Below, piece by piece: positions 13,420 through 25,200 of a stretch of 64,000 nucleotides of DNA (position 1 is the stretch's first letter; each line of letters starts with the position of its first letter). Source of the DNA: Marsupella aquatica (taxonomy: Eukaryota; Plantae; Marchantiophyta). Where the stretch lies: contig OZ316894.1 of NCBI GenBank assembly GCA_973895155.1, forward strand, positions 19,258,805 through 19,322,804, in the 5' to 3' direction. The position numbers and the translations under genes are program-made. Below the pieces are notes generated by a model. The model made no database searches, was not told the DNA's origin, and saw nothing but the letters and a program-made list of their open reading frames with translations.

Positions 13420-15128
13420 TGTGGAAAGGAGACTTTTGCTGAAACACGACCATAAGAGAAAAATCTGAATCGTTTCAAACTTTTTGAGCAAAAACGACGC
13501 TTTCTGAAGCGTCTACTTTCAATTTGGCGGTTAACTCACTTCAGTCTAACTAAGGACGCTTTCTGAAGCGTCCCCAGTTACAAAGCCAATAAACCTCAAG
13601 ACAGCTGAGGCGTCCATGTGTGCTGCCAACCAGATGCGACCCCCTTAACCACGACGCTTTTTGAGCCGTCCTTCACCGATACCACGGAACAGAAGACGCT
13701 TCGTGAAACGTCTATTCGAACTAGACACCGGACGCTTTAAGACGCTTTCTGAAGCGTCCGCCAAGACAGACTCCGCCGCTTTCTGAAGCGTCCGCTAACC
13801 CCAAAGTCCGATGAGCCGCTTTCTGAAGCGTCCACATGAGAAGTGACGCCTCGACTGTTCGGCCGTGTTCGAAGACAAAGCAGAATCGACGCTTTCTGAA
13901 GCGTCCGCCAAGACAGAATCGACGCTTTCTGAAGCGTCCCACCTGAAGGCCGGAAGACGGACGCCGCGACCAAAACACCAAAATCCAATCGACACTTTCT
14001 GAAGCGTCCACTATGTTCCCAACACTTAGAAAAAGTTTCAGTTTTCGCACTTTTATAACACCGTGCCACTTTTACCGATTTATTTGAGGCACTTAGAGAC
14101 CTCAGAAAAGTCTGAAACTTTACCAGCATAGAGATTATATGTAGTAGAGTACTCTAGAAAAGTCTCAGCTCATTCAGACTTTTAGTTTAGAAGTTAAAAT
14201 TAGATTAACACCACTGTTTATTAGTTTTACCGGAAAGCACCGACGCTCTACAAAGCGTCCACTAAGTCTCCAATGCATTTCTTTATTTCTTTTAGGATTG
14301 TCTTTTAGATATTTGAGGTTTGAAAAGTCATGCCTTTTCAGTTAAGGGAACCTTTACTTATAAAACCTCATGGTTTTTCCATTCGAAACCAGGGGGGGAC
14401 AATTCCAATCAGACTTCTGTTAGTTTCCCTCCTTCCATTTTAACAAGAGAAGTCTTGTATGGAAGTAAAACTTATGTTTGAATTTATGAATTCAAGAAAT
14501 TTCTTGATACTTGAATTCAGTTACAAACTTCTGTGACTTACATTGAATTCACTGCTAGGCTTGCTTGAAGGGTCAAGATTCGCTAGCTAATTCAAGAGTT
14601 GTTGTTTGATATGTGAGAAGTAAAGTTTGGTTCTCAGAGTATTCAGTACCGTTACTTTGTTTATGGAATATGATTTAGTGTTTGACGGAATTGCGTATCG
14701 CTGATGTCAAACCATGTTGCCGGCATCTTAAGTCATATCATTACATTTGTAACCAGAGCAGTACTTGTTTAGCAAATTGGAAATTCCTTATCATGCAATT
14801 TTATTTAGTCAGTAGAGAAATTAGTGAGTTATGAGACTTGTTTTATGTCTATTCTAAGACCATAGTCCTTTTTGAAGGAGTGGCAATAGCTAATCAGAGT
14901 TTTCAGACCATAATTGACTCTCTCTTGACTCATAAGACAGAAGTTTATTTACTTTGGTGTTTTGTTTATTTGATCTTTTAGTGAGAAACAAGAAATCTAT
15001 GTGCTGAGAGCTTTAGATTACTCAGAGAGTTAAATTCATTCAATTCTTTCCAAATCTGTTCTTAAAGGGATCGAATTCCGAGTCTTTATGTAAAAAGTGT
15101 TCCTTTTTGTTCTTCTGGCTATACGACA
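13420..15128 (+). mobile_element. Large solo LTR (1709 bp), family unassigned
   Basis: Starts TGTGG and ends CGACA, with 5-bp TSD TTATA (13415-13419, 15129-15133). TATA-like 'ttataaaa' at about 14359. No credible coding region. Confidence 0.75.
13496..14259. repeat. Array of 18-bp palindromic motif GACGCT-TTCTGA-AGCGTC
   Basis: Exact or near-exact copies at 13496, 13555, 13741, 13775, 13815, 13888, 13921 and 13991, with variants at about 13653, 13695 and 14242. Confidence 0.9.
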
Positions 15129-15786
15129 TTATATGTGTGTCTTTTCTTTAAACCCCTCATTATTCAAGTGCAAAATCTATATGAAGAGCTTATTTTTTAC
15201 ATGTATCCATTCACACATAAATTCCTTCAATATCATATTCTGCGACAAGGCATAATTTGTTTTACATACATTATGAGTATCATCCAAATTCTCCCTCGCC
15301 CCCTCCCTCCCTGTCCCCCTCTTGAGGGTAAATCATTACTCTCCTCAGTGCACTTTTTTTCAATACCCACTTTTGTTTTTCTATGTTATATACCTCTATT
15401 TTTCACAAGGCGTGCACAATTTATTTTCACAAAAATATGTGCTGCCAAATTTTCATCTCACTTGAGACAGATATACAAACAAAAACCCTCCTCACATGGG
15501 CAAATCTATACAACGGCAGTACGCTCGTGAGTTTATGCACAAAAACTCACGACAACGTACTGTATGCCATAGTCAAAGCACTACAATAAGCGTGCATGTA
15601 TGGCTGCGACTTTGTGTCAGTATGATCCTTTATGGGCACATATATATGTGGGTAGCTAGTAAGGTTTTTTCCGGACCTCCAGGCACATATATATGTAGGC
15701 ACGTTGCCTCTCAAGGTAGCCTAGGTAACCAGTAAAAAATTTGTCCTGAGCATGAAACCATTTTCTGTGCTTGACCACCTCACTTA

Positions 15787-16118
15787 TGTTGAGCATAGAC
15801 GACAATCGCATGAACCATCCAACGCACAAGAGTCGACACAGAGAGATACGTGGTTCACCTCCTTATGAGGCTACGTCCACGGGAACACACGAGAGCTTTA
15901 CTGCACTCTAGGCCGATCGCCATTCCAAGCATCCACAGCGCAAGCTCTCTTTATCTCTCAACTAGCTCCGTAACAATGAGCCTGAGTTCCCCCTCACCAA
16001 GCAAACAACGCTTGGTTATAGAGTGTGCACAACATGACTAACCTAACCAAGTCTACGACTAAGGTTAGCCTTAACTACGGTACAGTCGTAACTCTAGACC
16101 TAAGAGTAAATCCTAACA
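15787..16118 (-). mobile_element. Solo LTR related to the copia at 42028-51691
   Basis: 'tgttgagcatagacgac...ctaaca' with 5-bp TSD ACTTA (15782-15786, 16119-16123). Same orientation as the full-length element's LTRs. Confidence 0.9.
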
Positions 16119-17586
16119 ACTTAGAGCATCTCCAACGTACAATTACTGGGTTGGTTGGTCTATTGTAATGTTATGTTGACCAACCCAGTAAAGTTGACCA
16201 AAAAAGGCAACCCCAACGGGTTACTCTAATGCTATGCACTTGTGGCCATATTGGGTTTTTGGTTACTGGATGTGTATATGAGCTTCAATATAGCTCATTG
16301 ACTGTATGAATACATGATTCATTCATTCTTGGACATTTATCCACTAGATCATGATCAGGGCTAGTTGCTATTCACTCTAACCTGGAAGATGACTGATACC
16401 AAAGAGAGGTTGTATTTATGGGGTGACAGCCTGGATGCTACAGATCTATGTAGCTCTTTCAAGGCATGGGGCCTTCAAAGTGCGGCTCACACGATGAATG
16501 GCTGTTGCACCTACCTTGACAGGATGAGCACTATTAAACTTACGAGCCAGTATCAGAGAACCCGCATGGACTACAGTAGAGATAGGCACTGTTGCAAGAG
16601 TAGAGAAGAATTCAAGTTGGCTATTTTCTGGTGGCTGACTTGGGTCTCGTGGCCTGATTAGTTCCTTTGGTTGGGTCTGGCCTTTGGCCAGTGATTTTCT
16701 CCCGGGTGGCTTTTGTCCCCTGGGCCCTGTGTTGCGGGTTCTGGCCCTTGGCGTTCCGGTGAAAAAAAATTAAAATTAAAATTAAATCACATCTTATATA
16801 TAATATAATAGAATATAATAGAATAATGAGACATAAAAAAAAGAAAGTGTAGAAGAATCAATGAGCAAAGATCATAGTAATTATTCAACACATGACCTTA
16901 AAGTTATAGCTTGAGATTTATATCACACTACCAAAGACAGGAACACCAAACCTGGAGACATGATCCCAAAGGCAAAAGGACCCAACAAAGAGGGAAGGAA
17001 AAGACCCCAAGAAGCCCAAGAGTCACCAGTAACCCAGAAAAACCAACCATAAGACAAAGAAGCAAACAACAAACAAAACAAAACATTAGTGACCATAAAT
17101 TGAAAAGCCCCATAAACTGGTAAACATAAATTGAAAAGCCTGGTAGAACTTGGAGTAACTCGACACATGACCACCTTAAACTATAGCTTACACACTTGGA
17201 GATGGTGCTGCTATTAGAGTCCTGTGTTCACACTCCCTTATAAGAATGAGTTCCCTCGTCCAAACCGCTTTGGATCAACAAAGAGTAGCTAATCATTCAC
17301 AAAGCTCCAATCGCTACACTACAGTTTCCTTTACTCGTACTTCTCAGCTTTGCCCGGAGAAACCGGAGCAACTCTCACGCAATTGACCGCCGGCCGTTTG
17401 CTCAATTCGCCACATGCATTTTCATTGTTTCTCACAAGGATTGTAATCGAGATTTGTCTCACCGACTTTCAATTGCCCAACTCTACTTGCTTAACTCGTA
17501 CCCTTTCGCCTGATGATTTCAATCGTCCGGGACGGTGTGTGATTCGAAGGAGAAGGAGAAGGAGCGGATCGGGAGGGAACTGAAGC

Positions 17587-17922
17587 ATGGCGTACGTTCA
17601 AAGAGGCGACTTGCAGGCAAAGAGGACCGTATGGAGGCTGAGCATCTTGACGGATTTCTTCTGGGCGGTCATCTTCTACATTAGGGTCTTCTGGAAGACC
17701 TTGTTCTCTGTCGATGAGTCTAACGCGTACGCCGAGCGCAAGAAATATGACGGCGGACGCCCAAAGGGCTATGGCGGAGGAGGGGGAGGAGGAGGATGGG
17801 GTGATAGTGCCCCTCCTCCGGGAAGGCCTGGCAGTGGGAATGTCCCAAAGCGCTTCGGTGACATGAGTAACTTGAGAGGGCTTGATCACATTGCTCCTTG
17901 CGGCTCCTGCTGCGGTGGCTAA
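17587..17922 (+). CDS. Selenoprotein K (SelK/SelG family) Cys homolog, glycine-rich single-pass membrane protein
   Basis: 111-aa intronless ORF. It has an N-terminal MAYVQRGDLQAKRTVWRLS, a hydrophobic segment (ILTDFFWAVIFYIRVFWKTLF), a Gly/Pro-rich tail and a C-terminal CGSCCGG, as in plant SelK-like proteins. The stop is TAA. Confidence 0.9.
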   Translation: MAYVQRGDLQAKRTVWRLSILTDFFWAVIFYIRVFWKTLFSVDESNAYAERKKYDGGRPKGYGGGGGGGGWGDSAPPPGRPGSGNVPKRFGDMSNLRGLDHIAPCGSCCGG

Positions 17923-18189
17923 GAGGCTAGGTGAAGATGTGCAGATTCCGTGTGACCACTTCTGGAGCTTGACCGTGGGTAATCTAATTGCCGGCAATAG
18001 TACATCCAGTTTTCTTTCGATGCAGGTCTCCCGATCTTTAAAATTGGCCGAATTTCATGCTCTATTTGTGAGATGATAGCTTGGTTCAGCAATACTACGA
18101 GCAAGTCTTCTGCAAATGTAGGTTTCGATGTCGTCATTTAGAATTCACACCCTACGAGTACATCTAGGGTTAATATGTACAGAGCCCCA

Positions 18190-18800
18190 AAGACGAAGAA
18201 TAATGGGGAAACCGAATTTCCAAGTTTGTATTATGGCCGAATCCAGTGCTGATGCACGCGGTTTTATATTATTTCTCAAGATCTTCAGTTTTCGAACTGT
18301 GTATGTAGGGCTTCATTCTTTGTGACATGGGTCCGTCTGTGCGCTGAAGTGAAACAAGCTCCTTGCTTTTGCATTCTTGTTAGGGGAAGACGAGTTTCCA
18401 AGTTTTTAATATGGCCGAATGCAGTGCCCGATGCACGCGGCTATAAATTGTTCTGAAGATCTGCAGTTTGCGAAATGTTTATGTGGGGTTCATTTTGTGT
18501 TGACATGGCTCAGTCTGTTGCGCTGATCTGAAACAAGAGCTCCTTGCTTTTGCATTCTTGTTAGAACGGATCAGTTTCAGGGTTTTTTGGGATAGTTGAA
18601 TTTCGACTCTCTGGGTGAATATAGGCAACGTGATTACAGGTCGGTCATCCACGACGAAGCTTGCACGGCTCCTGACAGTTGAAGATCAGTTTCACGGTTT
18701 TTTGGGATAGTTGAATTTCGACTCTCTGGGTGAATATAGGCAATGTGATTACAGGTCTGTCATCCACGACGAAGCTTGCACGGCTCCTGACAGTTGAATG
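18190..18800. repeat. Two tandem duplications (~190 bp x2 and ~110 bp x2) downstream of the SelK-like gene
   Basis: 'tttccaagttt...atggccgaat...gatgcacgcgg' at about 18217 and 18396; 'ttttttgggatagttgaatttcgactctctgggtgaatataggcaa' at about 18583 and 18697. Confidence 0.8.
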
Positions 18801-20796
18801 TATCCGCGTTGTTGATGAGATGCACTTGCCGGCCGGCAGAGTTCTTTCTAGAAATGTCGACAGGCATCGCTGAGGTCGCCAGGATTGGGAGCAGACTATC
18901 GCGTTGGAGTTTTCCAAATGTCAATTTCAAGTGGTAGTTTTTAATCATTTTCCGCCAATCAAAGGTTGCCATGTAAGGCCTTTTTTGGCCAGACTATTTC
19001 TCTTTTATGGCTTTGGGTAATTGCCAAATCCAATGTCAAGTGGTTACTCATTTTCCGCCATTCAAAGGTTTTTGAGGCCTCTTTTATATATACGAGAGAC
19101 CTATGCCCATGGGCTCCACGGCTCAAGGAAGGATTGCCCGACTCCCATTTATGGGGCAGCCCGAAATTAATAAATGGAGGTTGTATATCTTTCCTGTCCA
19201 TGAGCTTTTTTGTATTGGGATGAAAGATAGAAGGCTCAAGGAAGGAGTGCCCCACTCCATTTATGGGGCAGCTGGAAAATACTCAATCAAATTCAACGGT
19301 TGTGTATCTTTCCTGTCTATGAGCTTTTTTGTATTGGGACCAAAAATAGAAAAAGAGTGATTGCTTAGGGGGGCTTTACAAGAACTTGGGGGCAGCCATT
19401 CCATTTTTTCTAAGTGAAAGATGCAATCCTAGCCATTCATATGTGGGAACTGGCCACTCTTCACTTTACATGAACTTGGGGGCACAATGAACAAAAAGCA
19501 TTACCGAAACCTAGTCATCTGTCAGTGTGCCCCATGTGGGTCCCTTTTTTTGGTGAGGTGTGCAAGCTTTTTTGTCAAAAACTTAGACCTCCTGTTGAGG
19601 TGGTCTAAAAACTTGGAGCAAACGGCCGCTTGTTTTAAGTGAATTGCATTGATTACTTCCAGACCTGACACATTTTGGCTCAGGCATTTTAACTTTTGTG
19701 GAATGAAATGGCCATCAGCTTTGCTCTGGATGAAGAGAGAGTGAACGACCCCCACCGTCTTGTAAAGCCCCCCTTATTACAGTTGTAGGTGTTTAAGGTC
19801 CCTCAATGCTCCTTGGAGTATTCAGGGTGACCTTATGCCAACTTGCAGAGTGGGGAAGTGTATGGGAACTCCAATACTTCATTCAGGAGTAAAGGAGGGA
19901 CCCTAAATATATGTTAAGCAGTTGTACAGTGATAAGTGGTTGTGATTTGAGCTCGTGTCTTCAAGCAAGTCTTGTCCGCCCATCTGGTGCATCCGCTCTG
20001 CATGTCAGAATCATGGTAAGATTGAACGTTGTGAGTCCTGACACCCGCGGTTGGATTGTTGCACATCAAAACCAGAAAGCCAGGTACTTACTTAAAATAA
20101 TACTTGGTGATTGAAACAAAATATGCAGGGTTATTATGGCATGGAGTGACACAGTACACTGCTGTTGTCATATTTTGATGTGCAATTATAGAGAAATTAG
20201 GTTTTTTTATTTGAAAAGTGGGGATTAAAGCCACCCAAGCAAAAAGAAAACAGACAGGGCCCAGCAAAGAGGGACAGGTCACACCGGACCAACACAAGCC
20301 ACACCCTAGTCAAGCTATGGAACTCAAATCTAATGAGAAGAAATAAATCACCCACATCTGCCCTTCAAGAGCTACAGGCTACCTGTAGCTACCACAAAAA
20401 GTAGTTTTTTTTCCAATAATCATGGCACCCACCTGTAGTCACCTTGAAAGGTAGTTTTTTCCTAAAATCATGGGGCAAAGGGGCACACAATCCTTTGCAT
20501 CTGTCCTGCTAAGGGTGGTCAAGTCACCTTGAGGGAGACTGGAGCTGTCACGTTGTTGGGCTGGGTAGAATGAGAGCCATTACTTGTAAATGAGCTAACC
20601 CAGGTTAATTTTCTTCACACACAAGTAAAAACAATGAGGCTATGATAAAAAAAAGTGTGGCAAGGTATACGCCACAAAGAGTGCGAGTCAGGTTTTTGTA
20701 TTTCTAGTGTATTTATAAGATTCCATATGGCTAGAAAGTTTGCTAGCCAAAAGAGGAATCCCAAATTTGGGTTTTATTAACCAGGTTTCGTGTAGA

Positions 20797-20888
20797 GTAA
20801 CCTAATCCCAAGAGTAATAGGATGTAATCCCCAAGGGCAGTGAGCCCGAGGGGGTTACAACCCATTACCCTGTCTTAGGATGAGTTAC
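20797..20888. repeat. Imperfect inverted repeat (hairpin)
   Basis: 'gtaacctaatcccaagagtaataggatgtaatcccc' pairs with 'ggggttacaacccattaccctgtcttaggatgagttac' around an inner gggc/gccc stem. Confidence 0.65.
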
Positions 20889-21126
20889 TGAGCATAAGTC
20901 CCAAGTGAATTTTTGAAATATTCACTTCGCTTTTACATTGCAAAACTGCACTCTGCCGCTGGTTGTGACTTGCGGCTTACTTGTATTCTCCTTCAAATTT
21001 GAGGATCCCCAGGCCAGGCTGACACAAGGGTTCTGTGGCTCACCCACACTGTAGTGCCTTAACCTTCTATAGAAATACAAATAAAAAAACATACAAGCAG
21101 TTGATGGCTAGGTTTGCTAACAAACT

Positions 21127-22729
21127 ATGGCACAGGAGATCATTAAGAAGTGCTGCAACTCTGGACAGGGCAAGAAGGAGCGCAGAAGGTGGACTGTTAC
21201 TGAAGCCTTGCTGCAGGGTGATGAGCTGAAGATCTAGGGCTCCCCTACACTGCGGGGTCTGCTTAAGGGTTGGAACAATGCGAATAGCCACCTTCTTTTC
21301 AAGTTTGGACAAGGGAAGCTTCCATCCCATCTCTCCATTGAACAAGTTGTGCTACTGTACCTGCGCAACACCCAAACCACGGTACAACAAGGCACGGACT
21401 TGAGGAGGTTTATGGCTAATCGTAGAATTAGGACACTGCTTGATCTCAGGTCTCAGCTTGGCAGGTGGATCCCGGAGGATGAGATTTGTTGTCGGACCCG
21501 GAGCACTAGGAGGATTGGTAACGAAGCTTTCAGCATTTTCTAGAGCAAGCTACAATGTTTTTCGGAAATTGCCATGGTTGAGCTGCAGGACTGTGCCGGT
21601 TGGCAATGGGACTGGGGGGGGAGAATAGAGGCTGGTCTTTCTCAACTAGGACTTGGAGCCAATGCACCCTAACCAGGGAGCTTGATGTCACTAAGCTGAA
21701 CCAGCGTTGGGGACAGGTCAACTCCTCACAACACTGGCAGCAGTACTGGAAGAAAATCTGGGGAGGCTGGTCTTTCCCCAAGGTGAGATTCTTTCTGTGG
21801 AGACTGTTGAATCATGGATTCTTCTCCAATGGCAGGGCTAGTCACTAGGGAGTTTCGGATGGCTTATGTGCTAAGTGTAAAACTCATTTTGAGCACACTG
21901 AACACATGTTCTTCAGCTATCCTACTGTTACTGGTAGATGGGGAGAGGTCCAACATCTTCTACAACGAGCTGGAGATTGGAAGATTTCACAAGGATCTTT
22001 GTACGAAGCGGTGATTACTGCTGTGCAGATGCATAAAAGGAAACCTGGCCCGGTGGTTTTGATAATGGAGATGTGCTCCAGCATTTGGAAAGAACGGAAT
22101 GACGCTACTTACTCTCAGTTTTTGGGTCGCCTCCCCGGTTGGGTCGTCCTTCGGCAAACTGAAACTCATCTCAGGGCTATGATTGACATCTGCAGTTCTG
22201 AGAAGAAACGAAGACAATTGTGTAGTGCTCTTGACCAACTCCAGGTTGTACTTAAACCATGGGAGACTGTTGATATGCCGCTTGCCCTTAACACTAATGA
22301 AACTGAAGATTGATTGCAAGCTCATCATTGTGAGGGTTGTCAGGCGACAGCAGGGCACTTGGCTTTGCACCAACCTCGTGGACTTTAAGGAGGGTAGGAG
22401 ACTTTTTTTTAGGAACCTTACTAAGGTTGGCAGTAGGCAAAGGATTTCTTTGGACTATAGAGTTAGTATTCAGTCACATCATAGGATCAACCCTAGAAGG
22501 GGACACCAACAAAATAGCAAGACTTTCACCAGGAGACGTGATTGGGTCCCGGGCAGGGGGGGCTTCAGGCCTCCTTGGCCGGATTAGGGCTGGTTTGTGG
22601 GGTGTGTGTGGTGTTTTGGCTTGGGGGTTGGGCCCTATGTGTGTTTTTTGCCTGGGTGGCTTTCGTCCCCTTGTATGATATGGACGGGTCTCTGCGCCCC
22701 TTTTTGAAAAAGAAAAAAAGAAAAAAAAA
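21127..22729 (+). mobile_element. 5'-truncated L1-clade non-LTR retrotransposon (disabled ORF2 3' end)
   Basis: zf-RVT-type motifs WKKIW...PKVRFFLWRLL and CAKCKTHFEHTEHMFF, and IWKERN. GT-rich 3' UTR, poly(A) at about 22707-22729, and a 16-bp TSD GGTTTGCTAACAAACT (21111-21126, 22730-22745). Contains stops and frameshifts. Confidence 0.9.
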
Positions 22730-23184
22730 GGTTTGCTAACAAACTGGGGTTTTTCCCCTTCATACCAGTAAATGTTTTGCTTGTATGCTACAATTACCCT
22801 AACTAGTCACCCTAATCACTCCCAACATAGCGTCTCTGTTTGGCAAAAGGTGGGAGTATGGGAGTGCTCTATAGGTTTTACTCCTGCTGAATCACACTAC
22901 TGCTGAAAGTGTCTGGGCAGCGGTTACTAGGTTGTAACCCTAAGTCAGGAATGTGAGAATAAGCTGACCAGTCGGAGCTGAGAAGCTTTTCCAAACATTG
23001 CAGTAGGAAGGTTACACTTTAGAACCCTGCCCTGACCTTGGTTATTGTATGTAAATCCAGCCCCCCCAAAATTACCAGGGAGGCACCAAATGATGAGAAA
23101 CGAGCATTCACTAGAAATGATTACCAACCAATAAACCTTTATTGCCTACAGAATTGACCTTTTTCTCTCCGTTCGTTACACGCC

Positions 23185-23680
23185 TTTAGGGTTAGGGTTC
23201 CGTTTCGTTAGGTTGCGAAGGTTTGAGGAGGATACTTAATCCCGGCTCATCGACCGCACCGAGCAGTTCACTTGCTTCGCATCATGTTGTGCTCTCCATT
23301 CGTTCAACATCTTCAGGTTCCGTTTCGTTAGGTTGCAGAGTTTTGAGGATACTTGTGGCCGGGCTGGCTTGCTCATCGAAAACTTCACTTCCTTCGCACT
23401 GTGTTTTACTCACCATTCGTTTCACTTCTTTAGGTTCCCTATCGTTAGGTTGCAGAGGTTTGACGATACTTATCGCCGGCTAATCATTTTCACCGAAACC
23501 GTTATCGCCATTCGTTTCACTGCTTTAGGTTCTCTTTCGTTAGGTTGCAGAGGTTGATGATACTTGTCGTCGCCATCTGGTCATTTTCACCGAAAACGTG
23601 ACTTGCTTCGCATCGTGTTTTGCTCTCTATTCGTTGCACTTCTTTAGGTTCCTTTCGTAGGTTGCATAAGCTTGGGATTA
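23185..23680. repeat. Degenerate tandem repeat, unit ~95-120 bp
   Basis: Recurring 'ttaggttcc(g)tttcgttaggttgcagag(g)ttt(t)ga(g/c)gatactt' at about 23195, 23314, 23430, 23526 and 23644. Confidence 0.8.
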
Positions 23681-24947
23681 CTCATCGACCGGTTGGTGTT
23701 CTCGCCGGGAGCGTCTCTTGTTTCACATCATGGTGGTATATATTTCTTTAGGTCGGGTGACAGTGGTTATTTCTTCGTTGTCGCCAACGACGTCGATAGC
23801 TTCACTTTATGGTGGTATATATCTGCTTTAAGGTGGTTTCTCTTTCTTAGACCCAGCTGACAGCATCGATAGTTTTTAGGACCTGATTTTGTTGTAGGTT
23901 CGACACATCGATCTGACATAGCCCGACCCATTCCCAGATTTGCTGGCGTTGCTGTCGTCTGAGTCTCTTTAGGTTCTTCTTAGGTTCCATTCGTAGGGTT
24001 GCTCACGCTGGGCCGTTGTTCTCATTGAAAACAACGTTTGCGTTGTGTTCAGCTGTGGCAGATTCGAATCGTCCTTTATAATGTAGGCGATAGGTGCGAC
24101 ATGGGTACCAGAAGGCCTGTCGTCTGGTGCAACTCGTTGCTCTGTGACTTGTCGCCTATGTGAACCATTATCTCGCCAGTCCGTAATGGACGTGACTGAC
24201 CATTATCAAGATTTCCTCTTTGTATATTACTTTGCACACAAGATACAAAGACAGTACCTCGATCATGGCCAGATCCGGTTACTTGTAAAGAGCAGAAGTA
24301 GGTTAATGTAAAGGAGTTTCTCAGGGATGACCAAACGATGACGAGACTGAACTCTTGCTGCGGAGTAACATTGAGACTTCATATTTGAAATGTACTATTT
24401 CAAACTTGTTTCTTAATGCCCTCTCCGTGGCAGCTGGCTTGCCAGTGTCGTGAAGCATAAACGAGGCATTTGTCTGAGAGAAGCTGCCAAAATTCCTAAA
24501 GGTGTTGTTCGTATAGGCGCGTTGCCGGTCCTGTGATTTATCTCATCAGCTAGTGTTGCCCAATGAGGACTTAATCTTTGAGAACTGACACAGTCGCTTC
24601 GATTGTGCTGTGGACAAACTCATCATGACTACGATGCTGAGGGCTTTACTATTAATCTTCACCGTCAGAAATTTTTTAGTGGGCTTCGATGAAGTTATTC
24701 GATGAAGTTATTCGATTTCGTCAGCACTCGTCTGAGGATCTTTCGTCAGTTTAATCATACACCGGATATTCTTCAAAGGTTCCGCTCTGAACCTTGTTCA
24801 CAAGTTCTCATATCCGCACAATGAATAAAATCCGCACAATCGGATCTCTCTTTGACTGCGGGAAGAACACCGGAACTTTTAGATTTTCATCTGAGATACG
24901 CAAATATCTGGAAAAAGGTATTGCCCTCTAAAACTTCTCATGGTAAC

Positions 24948-25200
24948 TGCACTGTTTGTAAGGTTCTCAATTTCCACTGCATTCGCTCATAGCTACTGCG
25001 CTTAAGGTTCTCAATTTTCACTGCACTCGCTCATAGCTACTGCGCTTAAGGTTCTCAATTTTCACTGCACTCGCTCATAGCTACTGGCGCTGTCTGAGGT
25101 TTTCAGTGCGTTCCACTTTGCACTGTTTGTAAGGTTCTCAATTTTCACTGCATTCGCTCATAGCTACTGCGCTGTCTGAGGTTTACGGTGCGTTCCACTC
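24948..25200. repeat. Tandem repeat with ~43-bp core
   Basis: 'taaggttctcaattttcactgcactcgctcatagctactgcgc' repeated four times. Confidence 0.85.

Noticed and set aside
13496-14008. CRISPR array
   Set aside because: Eukaryotic context, no cas genes, an 18-bp repeat with irregular and partly repeated spacers, and it lies within a TSD-bounded LTR-like element.
13721-14129. ORFs with repeated GRFRKR/ASES motifs
   Set aside because: These are translation artefacts of the palindromic repeat array.
16124-17208. PIF/Harbinger (Tourist) element starting TTA-GAGCATCTCCAA
   Set aside because: The only candidate right TIR (ttggagatggtg at about 17197) is mismatched and lacks a TAA/TTA TSD.
17880-18560. 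True selenoprotein with UGA-Sec and SECIS
   Set aside because: The ORF has no in-frame TGA and ends in TAA, and no convincing SECIS core is visible.
23185-23199. Interstitial telomere
   Set aside because: Only about 2.5 repeat units, consistent with a telo-box or chance.
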